Origin: a bacterium
GTDB taxonomy: Bacteria; Electryoneota; Electryoneia; Electryoneales; Electryoneaceae
Assembly: GCA_043801585.1 (NCBI GenBank)
Contig: JAZDLX010000180.1
Span: 1-10,183 of the forward strand
Direction: 5' to 3'
DNA length: 10,183 nucleotides
Each line of letters starts with the position of its first letter. The first letter of the stretch is position 1. The position numbers and the translations under genes are program-made. This document shows, piece by piece, positions 1 to 7,240 of the stretch. The notes under the pieces were generated by a model that searched no databases, was not told the DNA's origin, and was given only the letters and a program-made list of their open reading frames with translations.

Positions 1-2135
1 GTCAATTTCGGATAGAGCTTTTCACGCAGCACACTGCCGATATCCAGCGGCGCGCCCTGGAGCCGCACGCCCTGGCGATTGTTCAGGGAGGCTTCGTACC
101 AGAAAACCGTGTTCTCTTCACCCGGTCCCGTCAATCGGTTGAAGCTCTCACGGAGCGCCGTGACTTCCCCGCGCTGGCGGCGGAATTCACCGAGAACATC
201 GTCGCCCTCGACGAGACCAACATCCGCCTCCTCGAATTCACGGGCAATGCCGTCGAGCGTTTTCTGCAATTTTTCAAGAACGCGGCGATGAGCGTGAACG
301 AGGTCGATGAAATCTGCGAGCAGCTCCTCGCCTGAGAGATACCGGCGGCGGCGGGCGTAGCCCCCATTTTCTTCCTCGCCTTTGGTCGCAAAGACATCGA
401 GTTCCTCACCGACCTCATCCCCGGTGCGGATCGCTTCGCCGACGAAATCCATGGCTTCGTCGAGAGGGTCTGCATCGGCGCTTTTCCGTTCGAGCTCCGA
501 GCGCAACAGCGCCGAATAGGCGCGCAGACCTGCAAGTGTGCCCTTCTTTTGTTTGGGATCGTACAGGGAATGAAGAAGCAGCCGCTCAACAGGTGCGCTC
601 CAGGAAATCCCGAGGTGGTCGGCGGCGATGCGTTCGATGTGGTGCGCCTCGTCAAAAATCACCTTGTCGTACTCGCCGAGAACCCCTCCCTCACTCGAGA
701 GATCGGAAAAAAGCAGGGCGTGGTTGACCAGAACAACATGAGCGCGCTGGGCGGAGGTGCGGATGCGATGGAGGAAACAGCCGGGCGTCGCACGGCACAC
801 TCTTCCGGAACAGTAGCCGCTGTCCGCCGAGATTTTCTGCCAGAGGCCGCGAACCATGCCCGTACGAAAACCGGTCACCTCCCCGATGTCGCCGGTTCGT
901 GTGCGGTTCAACCACCGGACAAGCGGCAGCAGCGCCTCACGCTCCGCAGGTTCGAGCCTGTCGGGGTCTGCGACGAGGGCTTCGTAGCGGCGCTTGCAGA
1001 TGTAGTTGCCCCGCCCCTTGAGCAGTACAGCCCGGACACCTCCACCGAGCGCGGCATCGAGAGCGGGCAGATCCTTCTCGAAGAGTTGATTCTGCAGGTG
1101 GCGGGTCTGGGTGCTGACCACCACCCGGCCGCCCTGAATCCGGGCATGGAGCAGCGCGGGAAGCAGGTAGGCGAAACTTTTGCCAGTGCCCGTCCCCGCC
1201 TCGGCCATCAGCGACCCTCCCGCTTTGAGCACGACATAGGTCTCCTGCGCCATCCGCACCTGCCCCACGCGCCTCTGGAATCCCGGAACCTGTTTTGACA
1301 GGGGACCGTCATCCGCAAGAAAGTCAGCGAGGAAGGATTCCTCATCCTCGATGGGTTGGGGCGCAAGGTTGTTCTCGCCGTCCCATACGCCGATGCGGTT
1401 GTCACGGAGAACGCCTAGTGCGTCCACGCCCGCCTCGCCCGAACCGATGGAGCTGAGCCCGTCGATCAGTTCGCCGAGGGTGAACGCCGCGCCTCCGAGA
1501 ATCAGATTCATCTCGTTGAGTTCACCGAATGGCGTGCGTCGAGCTCGTTTGAGCAACTCGATCAGGACAAACCCGGTCGCCTCCGCATCGTGAACGGCAC
1601 GGTGCGCCCGATCGAGTGAAACGTTGAATTGACGTGCCAGCGCCCCAAGACCGTAGGAAGCAAGCGTCGGCAGGAACGCCCGCGCGATGGGAACAGTGTC
1701 ATGAACTGGGCCTGGATTCCATTCGGGACGGTGCGCTTTCGAGATGCGCTTCCGTTCAGCTTCGAGAAAACCGAGGTCGAACTGGACATTTTGGCCGACG
1801 ATTGGGTCCGATCCAAGAAACTCAAGAAAGTTAGACAATAAAGCTTCTATGCGGGGCCGGTCAGTGAGATCCTGGTCACGGATCCCGGTCAGCCGCGTGA
1901 TGAACGGGTCGAGGGGTTCATCCACAGCCGCCAGTTCGCTGTAACGTGCGACCGGCTGTCCCCCCTCGAAACGCACCGCGCCCAGTTCGATAATCCGATT
2001 CACCTTCGGATCGAGTCCGGTGGTCTCGAAATCGAGCGCGACGAAACGGGCCAGTCCGAGACGTGCCAGTTCCGGGGGTGAAATGGACGAGGGGTCGGGG
2101 ATTATTGTGGGCCGTATTACGGGTACCTGGTTCAT
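1..2135 (-). CDS. dinG: DinG-family Fe-S DNA helicase with N-terminal DEDDh (DnaQ-like) 3'-5' exonuclease; partial, continues past the left edge
   Basis: Manual translation from ATG at 2135: MNQVPVIRPT...FVALDFETTGLDP (Exo I), IVGQNVQFDLGFL (Exo II), AHRAVHDAEAT (Exo III), MAEAGTGTGKSFA (Walker A), LKGRGNYICKR and GYCSGRVCRATPGCF (four Cys), VVLVNHALLFSD, IFDEAHHIE (DEAH box), ending QGAPLDIGSVLREKLYPKL at the edge. Absent from the ORF track, consistent with having no stop in the window. Exact start uncertain. Confidence 0.93.
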   Translation of the reverse strand, partial: MNQVPVIRPTIIPDPSSISPPELARLGLARFVALDFETTGLDPKVNRIIELGAVRFEGGQPVARYSELAAVDEPLDPFITRLTGIRDQDLTDRPRIEALLSNFLEFLGSDPIVGQNVQFDLGFLEAERKRISKAHRPEWNPGPVHDTVPIARAFLPTLASYGLGALARQFNVSLDRAHRAVHDAEATGFVLIELLKRARRTPFGELNEMNLILGGAAFTLGELIDGLSSIGSGEAGVDALGVLRDNRIGVWDGENNLAPQPIEDEESFLADFLADDGPLSKQVPGFQRRVGQVRMAQETYVVLKAGGSLMAEAGTGTGKSFAYLLPALLHARIQGGRVVVSTQTRHLQNQLFEKDLPALDAALGGGVRAVLLKGRGNYICKRRYEALVADPDRLEPAEREALLPLVRWLNRTRTGDIGEVTGFRTGMVRGLWQKISADSGYCSGRVCRATPGCFLHRIRTSAQRAHVVLVNHALLFSDLSSEGGVLGEYDKVIFDEAHHIERIAADHLGISWSAPVERLLLHSLYDPKQKKGTLAGLRAYSALLRSELERKSADADPLDEAMDFVGEAIRTGDEVGEELDVFATKGEEENGGYARRRRYLSGEELLADFIDLVHAHRRVLEKLQKTLDGIAREFEEADVGLVEGDDVLGEFRRQRGEVTALRESFNRLTGPGEENTVFWYEASLNNRQGVRLQGAPLDIGSVLREKLYPKL

Positions 2136-2236
2136 GGTGGCAAAAGTACAAAAAGTCGCCCTCCCCGTGCTGGCATCAGGAGACTTTTATTGGACCCGGC
2201 TTTCTTCCTTCGTGGGAAGAGCGCTGCTGTGAAACG

Positions 2237-2316
2237 GGAAAATGTACCAGGTGCCTTTTCGCCTGCGGGGTCGAACAACGATCCTGAGCGGAAATAAAGT
2301 ACCTGGTACATTTTCC
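2237..2316. repeat. Inverted-repeat doublet (REPIN/MITE-like), family Y, copy 1
   Basis: Perfect 16-bp inverted repeat GGAAAATGTACCAGGT (2237-2252) / ACCTGGTACATTTTCC (2301-2316). The same arms recur at 3497-3581 and 3851-3939. Confidence 0.85.
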
Positions 2317-2333
2317 GGGTGATGGAGAAAACC

Positions 2334-3215
2334 ATGGAATCGAGGATCTTTGGCGCGACCGGCATGTCAGTTCATCCCCTCGGTCTCGGAGGCGCGGAAA
2401 TCGGCCATGATCCGTCAGTCGCACAGAAGACGGTGGACAGACTGATCGGAGGCATGCTTGACGGCGGCGGGAATGTCATCGACACTGCTGCCGGTTACGC
2501 CGACAGCGAGGAAAAGATCGGACGAGCGATCCAGGGCCGCCGCGATCGATGCCTGATTTTCACCAAGGTGGGACCGAACTGGTCACCGCGAGCCATGCGC
2601 CGGGACATCGAACGATCCCTGCGGCGACTCGGGACCGACTATGTGGACCTGCTTCAGATCTGGAGCGCCTCGCTCTCGGTGCTTCAGCGTGGTGAGGTGA
2701 TCGACACTCTTGAATCCTTCAAGGAGGAGGGATTGACGCGGTTCATCGGGTACTCCGGAGATGCGGACGCCGCACGCTACGCGGTGTCAACAGGACGTCT
2801 CGATTCACTGCAGACCTCCATTTCCATAGCCGACCAGGAACCGCTCGAACTCACTCTCCCCCTCTGCCGCGAGCGCAAGATGGGCGTAATCGCCAAACGC
2901 CCCCTCGCCAATGTCGCCTGGCTTGGAGAAGATGAACACTATGTCAGCGGGTATGGAGACGAATACCGCCGCCGGTTGAACCTCCTTCGCTATCCGTTTC
3001 TCGCGGACCCCCCAGAACATACGGTGTCCACCGCGTTCCGTTTCACCCTGTCTGTGGAGGGCGTTCACGCCGCCATCGTGGGAAGCAAAACACCCGGCCG
3101 CTGGCAGCAAAACGCTATGGAATGGGAGAAGGGGCCTTTAACGGCTGGCGAGTTCGCCGAGATACGTAATCGTTGGAAAGAAACCGCCGGAGCCGACTGG
3201 AGGGGCCAGAGATAG
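2334..3215 (+). CDS. Aldo/keto reductase family oxidoreductase (293 aa)
   Basis: LGLGGAEIG, VIDTAAGY, IFTKVG, IERSLRRLGTDYVDLLQI, TRFIGYS and GVIAKRPLA are typical AKR motifs. GGAG at 2324-2327 favours the ATG at 2334; TAG at 3213-3215. Confidence 0.93.
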   Translation: MESRIFGATGMSVHPLGLGGAEIGHDPSVAQKTVDRLIGGMLDGGGNVIDTAAGYADSEEKIGRAIQGRRDRCLIFTKVGPNWSPRAMRRDIERSLRRLGTDYVDLLQIWSASLSVLQRGEVIDTLESFKEEGLTRFIGYSGDADAARYAVSTGRLDSLQTSISIADQEPLELTLPLCRERKMGVIAKRPLANVAWLGEDEHYVSGYGDEYRRRLNLLRYPFLADPPEHTVSTAFRFTLSVEGVHAAIVGSKTPGRWQQNAMEWEKGPLTAGEFAEIRNRWKETAGADWRGQR

Positions 3216-3278
3216 AGTGTTAACACGGACTGAAAACGTTATTCACGGAGCATGGTAGTCACGGACCACTCAACACTT

Positions 3279-3401
3279 GTCACCCCCGCGACTTGTCCGC
3301 CCATTGGCGGAAAGCGGGGGTCCATTTTATGCGTAAAAAGAAACGTGGATTGGCTGCGCCGAATTACGCTACGCTTCGGTTCCCGCCTGCGCGGGAATGA
3401 C
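3279..3401. repeat. Inverted pair of GTCA-tagged REP-like palindromes, each interrupted by a short insertion
   Basis: GTCACCCCCGCGA[3292-3311]AAGCGGGGGTCCA ... TGGATT[3352-3381]CCCGCCTGCGCGGGAATGAC. Deleting the bracketed segments restores clean GTCAYYCCCGCG-(loop)-GCGGGRRTCCA-type palindromes. Confidence 0.8.
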
Positions 3402-3476
3402 AAAGGGAATGGAATCAGTCAAATTTGAACTGGTCGTTTTGTTCTATGTCATCCCCCGGCTGGACCGGGGGATCCA
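3390..3476 (+). repeat. Direct repeat block A, copy 1 (ends in palindrome GTCATCCCCCG-N7-CGGGGGATCCA)
   Basis: Near-identical to 4122-4208: AATGACAAAGGGAATGGAATCAGTCAAATTTGAACT...TTGTTCTATGTCATCCCCCG...CGGGGGATCCA. Confidence 0.9.
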
Positions 3477-3744
3477 GTACACGCCGGGCAGATCGTAGAA
3501 AAATGTACCAGGTACTCTTTTCCCGTCACCGCCCACGTTGCCAGGGAATCCTGGCTATCGTTGTACCTGGTACATTTTTCTGCCAATCAGTCATCCTGAC
3601 GCCACTTCCTCTGTCATCCTGATCCCGAATGGTCGGGAGAAGGATCTATGAGTTGCAGTACTTGCCCCTGTTGGACCTGTCCAACAGGGTCTACTTGTTT
3701 TCCTGATATGAGAAACCCGGGGCAGAGCCCCGGCCCACCCAGCC
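3466..3744 (+). repeat. Direct repeat block B, copy 1 (279 bp): Y doublet, GTCATCC palindromes, hairpin, D palindrome
   Basis: Aligns end to end with 3822-4119. Contains a 19-bp perfect inverted repeat (3497-3515/3563-3581), GTCATCCTGA...GAAGGATCT (3613-3647), hairpin CCCTGTTGGAC-CT-GTCCAACAGGG (3666-3689) and AAACCCGG...GCCCACCC (3713-3740). Confidence 0.92.
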
Positions 3745-3821
3745 CGTCTGTTTATGGGCTTCACCGCTTGATTTGTACAACACAATGAAACCCGGGTGGT
3801 CAAGCCACCCGGGCCACCCGT

Positions 3822-4119
3822 CGGGGGATCCAGTGCACGCCGGACAGATCGCAGAAAAATGTACCAGGTACTCTTTTCCCATCACCGGCCACGTCGCCAT
3901 AGAATCCTCGTCATCATTGTACCTGGTACATTTTTCTGCCAATCAGTCATCCCGACGCCACTTCCTCTGTTATCCTGATCCCGAATGGTCGGGAGAAGGA
4001 TCTATGTGTTTTAGCAGATAGCCCTATTGGACAATCAGCCGGTGGGCGGACAGGTCCAACAGGGTCTACTTGTTTTCCTGATATGAGAAACCCGGGGCAG
4101 AGCCCCGGGCCACCCAGCC
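3822..4119 (+). repeat. Direct repeat block B, copy 2 (298 bp)
   Basis: Same modules as 3466-3744, with a 21-bp perfect inverted repeat (3851-3871/3919-3939) and a net 19-bp longer hairpin loop at 4033-4053. Confidence 0.92.
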
Positions 4120-4121
4120 TT

Positions 4122-4337
4122 CGCGGAAATGACAAAGGGAATGGAATCAGTCAAATTTGAACTTTTCGGTTTGTTCTATGTCATCCCCCGACTTGACCGG
4201 GGGATCCAATCGTCATCCTGACGCCATCTCCTAAGTCATCCTGACGCCGACGGCGGAAGGATCTATGAGTTTAAGTCAATGGCCCTGTTGTTTGAAACCC
4301 GGGTAATGCCAAACTGACGGCACAACCCGGGCCACCC
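4122..4337 (+). repeat. Block A copy 2, partial third copy of block B, and terminal D palindrome
   Basis: 4122-4208 matches 3390-3476. 4212-4290 (GTCATCCTGACGCC...GAAGGATCTATGAGTT...CCCTGTTG) resembles 3590-3673. AAACCCGGGT...ACCCGGGCCACCC lies at 4295-4337. Confidence 0.85.
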
Positions 4338-4340
4338 AAC

Positions 4341-5555
4341 TTAATCCTTACCTGTCAATGCATCCAAGACATGGTACAAATGGGGCATTTCCATAGACTC
4401 CATTTTTAATTCTCTCCCAACAACTCTTTTCCCATATTTCTTATCAATTTCATTTATCATAATATACGTTTCCCCTTTATTATTTGCTCCAATTACCATA
4501 AGAATATCATACACAATCTCTTTTCCCTTTATATCATCAGTATATTCGTATCTTTTCAGTGTTCCTTCACCTATTATAATCACTCTTTCTGATTTTATTC
4601 TTCTAACATAATCTGCTAATTTAATAAACATAATTCTTTTGATATCTTCATTCTCCAGTTTTAACTCAACAACTTGAACAGACTCTTCTGATAATAACAT
4701 GGCCAATGTTATATGATACTGATCTTTATCGAAAATTTTTTTTGCTATTTCTACATATCCTCGTACTTCCTCCTCAAATACTTCAGGAACACCTTTCTTG
4801 TAAATCTTATTTTCACCGTAACGTTCTAATGCCTCTTTGGAGAAATCTCCAAAATCCGTAAAATCCTGACTTAGATTATACTTTTTACCTGTCGGGATTA
4901 CTATCCATACGTCTCTATTTCTGTAGTCAGTAAAACAAGCGGGTGTTCTTATATCCATCGGCTGATTATTAAAACGATCATATTCTAATTCTGAACATTT
5001 TCCTACATAATCAAGAGCTTCATGTGCTGATTTCAGAACCTTAGACATGTGTTCATAGGCATCTTGCGCGTATTCAATCAAATCAATACCACCATACTGA
5101 TCGCTTACCCATCTTGGAGTAATTCTCACATACGACGAGTCAGTATTTTCACTTAACCCGCAAGTTTTAATTAATGAGACGAGGTAATCAAAATCAAATA
5201 CGGGCTTTCCTTTTACATTAAGACTATCTATCAATTTATATCCATAATATATCTTTATATCATATATACTTGAGTATTGAATATCTTCATCATGAACAAT
5301 CTTATTTCTAGCATGCGATAATATACCTATATAACTGATATTTTCATCAAACCATTCTTTTTTAAGCTTTTTATAGTCATTTAGATGTTTTACTTGATGA
5401 TAAACTACATTTCTAAATGAACTAACACTATTTAAAAATGCATTATAATGTATTGTAAACTCTGTCACTGATTTACTCTCCTGAAATGCTTTGTTTAAAT
5501 GGTAAAGCATTTCCTTCATTCTAGTATGTGCAGATTTTAAGGGACAAACAGGCAT
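4341..5555 (-). CDS. Hypothetical protein (404 aa), AT-rich and probably horizontally acquired, with a possible N-terminal HEPN-like domain
   Basis: A 1215-bp open frame in about 30% GC DNA is unlikely by chance. Likely helical N-terminus with RNKIVH (aa 83-88, nt 5292-5309). ATG lies 16 nt after the gcvPB stop with AAAGG upstream. The CDS is well supported; the domain call is tentative. Confidence 0.85.
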   Translation of the reverse strand: MPVCPLKSAHTRMKEMLYHLNKAFQESKSVTEFTIHYNAFLNSVSSFRNVVYHQVKHLNDYKKLKKEWFDENISYIGILSHARNKIVHDEDIQYSSIYDIKIYYGYKLIDSLNVKGKPVFDFDYLVSLIKTCGLSENTDSSYVRITPRWVSDQYGGIDLIEYAQDAYEHMSKVLKSAHEALDYVGKCSELEYDRFNNQPMDIRTPACFTDYRNRDVWIVIPTGKKYNLSQDFTDFGDFSKEALERYGENKIYKKGVPEVFEEEVRGYVEIAKKIFDKDQYHITLAMLLSEESVQVVELKLENEDIKRIMFIKLADYVRRIKSERVIIIGEGTLKRYEYTDDIKGKEIVYDILMVIGANNKGETYIMINEIDKKYGKRVVGRELKMESMEMPHLYHVLDALTGKD

Positions 5556-5571
5556 GTGTGCCTTTCGAAGT

Positions 5572-7008
5572 TTATTTATATCTCACATTCGGCTGGCGGC
5601 TGGCGAGAGCCTCGTCCAGACGGCGGACGGGGGTGGTCACAGGCGCTTCGTGCAGCAGGTCGGGGTCGGTTTCCGCCTCGTAGGCGATCTGCTTCATCAC
5701 CTCGACGAACCTGTCGAGGGTCTCCATCGTCTCGGTTTCCGTCGGCTCGATCATCATCGCCTCGTGGACGATCAGCGGGAAATAGACCGTCGGGGCGTGC
5801 ATTCCGAAATCGAGCAGCCGTTTGGCGATGTCCAGCGCACGAACGCCCTTCGCGGCCTGGTTATCGGCGCTGAACACCACCTCGTGCAGGCAACGGTCGG
5901 AGTGCGGCAGGTGAAACTCCGGCTGCAGCTTGACCCGCAGATAATTGGCGTTGAGGATCGCCATCCGCGAGATCTCGGCGAGGCCGTCGCCGCCATTGGC
6001 AAGGATGTAGGTCAGCGCACGCACCAGCACGAGGAAGTTGCCGTAAAAACCATGCATCTTGCCGATGCTTTTCGGCCGCGCCCAGTTCATCACGAATTCA
6101 TCACCGATCTTTTCGACGACGGGTGTCGGGAGGAACGGTTCCAGCCCCTTGACGCAGCAGACCGGCCCGGCGCCGGGACCGCCGCCGCCGTGGGGGGTGC
6201 TGAAAGTCTTGTGCAGGTTGATGTGCATGACGTCGAAGCCCAACGCTACGGGGGTGGTGATCCCCATCAGGGCGTTGAGGTTTGCGCCGTCCATGTACAT
6301 GTAGCCACCCGCCGCGTGCACGATCTGAGCCACCTCGCGGATGTTGCTCTCGAAGATGCCGAGGGTGTTCGGGTTGGTCACCATCAGGCCGACGAGCCGG
6401 TCGTCCGCTACCTCGCGCACGGCGTCCGGGTCGAGGGTGCCATCCTCGCGCGACTTGATCTCGACCACCTCACAACCGGCGAAATGGATTGTCGCGGGGT
6501 TGGTGCCGTGGGAGGAGTCGGGGATGATGACACGGTTGCGCTGGGTCTGCCCCTTGTCCTTGTGTGCCGCAACCATCATCATCAACCCGGTGAGTTCACC
6601 CGATGCTCCCGCTGGAGGTTGCAGGGTGACAGCGTCGAACCCGGTGATCTTCTTCAACGCCTCGCCCAGCTCGAACATCACCTCGAGCGCACCCTGCGCC
6701 AGTTTCATCGGCACGAAGGGGTGCAGGTCCGCGAACAGCGGATCCGCCGCCACCACTTCGTTGATCTTGGGATTGTATTTCATCGTGCAGGAGCCGAGGG
6801 GATAGAAATCCTTGTCCACGTGGTGGTTCAGCGCCGAAAGGCGGACGAAATGGCGGATCACCTCGTTCTCGGACACTTCCGGCAGCGGAGCATCATGCTG
6901 GCGGGTTATTTCCACCGGAAGCGGGTCGGCTTCGGGGATGTCCAGCTTCGGCAGGCGCACGCCACGCCTTCCCGGCTGGGACAGCTCGTACAACAGCTTT
7001 TCAGACAT
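5572..7008 (-). CDS. gcvPB: Glycine dehydrogenase (decarboxylating) P-protein subunit 2
   Basis: LPEVSENEVIRHFVRLS, FYPLGSCTMKYNPKINE, PDSSHGTNPAT, YMDGANLNAL, PLP-lysine motif HINLHKTFSTPHGGGGPG, MIEPTETE, PVRRLDEALA; 478 aa; GGAG ribosome-binding site at 7017-7020. Confidence 0.98.
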   Translation of the reverse strand: MSEKLLYELSQPGRRGVRLPKLDIPEADPLPVEITRQHDAPLPEVSENEVIRHFVRLSALNHHVDKDFYPLGSCTMKYNPKINEVVAADPLFADLHPFVPMKLAQGALEVMFELGEALKKITGFDAVTLQPPAGASGELTGLMMMVAAHKDKGQTQRNRVIIPDSSHGTNPATIHFAGCEVVEIKSREDGTLDPDAVREVADDRLVGLMVTNPNTLGIFESNIREVAQIVHAAGGYMYMDGANLNALMGITTPVALGFDVMHINLHKTFSTPHGGGGPGAGPVCCVKGLEPFLPTPVVEKIGDEFVMNWARPKSIGKMHGFYGNFLVLVRALTYILANGGDGLAEISRMAILNANYLRVKLQPEFHLPHSDRCLHEVVFSADNQAAKGVRALDIAKRLLDFGMHAPTVYFPLIVHEAMMIEPTETETMETLDRFVEVMKQIAYEAETDPDLLHEAPVTTPVRRLDEALASRQPNVRYK

Positions 7009-7181
7009 TTTACGATCTCCGCATCAGATGCGACAAAAACAGGATCGGAATATACGAAGGTGGGACTCGACTCCCGCTCTCCGCCTCTACCGGCATCTCC
7101 CCGTGACTCGGGATCGGACCACCCAGGTTTACTTGCGGGGCATGGTGATGCCGGGTGATGTGGAAAACGCGAAAGGCAACC

Positions 7182-7226
7182 GAGATTGCTTCGTCGTCCG
7201 CCAGCTGGCGGACTCCTCACAATGAC
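7182..7226. repeat. GTCA-tagged REP-like palindrome
   Basis: GAGATTGCTTCGTC-GTCCGCCAGCTGGCGGAC-TCCTCACAATGAC, which reads GTCATTGTGAGGAG...CGAAGCAATCTC on the minus strand. Same GTCA-stem-ATC architecture as the repeats at 3279-4264. Confidence 0.75.
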
Positions 7227-7240
7227 AAGAAATGGGAGTG

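Noticed and set aside
549..1298. 249-aa plus-strand ORF and other short ORFs within 1-2150
   Set aside because: They overlap dinG, whose minus-strand frame carries all the recognisable motifs; these are antisense or off-frame shadows.
2241..2313. LexA/SOS box upstream of dinG
   Set aside because: The GTAC-N3-GTAC spacing does not fit the N4-spaced LexA boxes I know, and the same motif recurs between convergent genes, which fits a repeat better than an operator.
3223..3265. Three CACGGA hexamers after the AKR stop
   Set aside because: Too short and irregularly spaced to support a call.
3425..4135. Short ORFs (60-83 aa) in the repeat region
   Set aside because: They are translations of the palindromic repeats (MYQVLF, YLVHF recur in several frames) with no independent coding evidence.
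3279..4337. CRISPR array
   Set aside because: There is no single repeat at a regular period, the intervening sequences are duplicated rather than unique, and no cas genes are present.
4285..4340. Integron attC site after the AT-rich gene
   Set aside because: GTTGGGT (GTTRRRY) follows the stop directly, but an attC should begin with RYYYAAC and end with GTTRRRY. The order is wrong and no integrase is present.
5554..7158. 534-aa plus-strand ORF
   Set aside because: Codon-aligned antisense shadow of gcvPB, typical of GC-rich genes, with no recognisable motifs.
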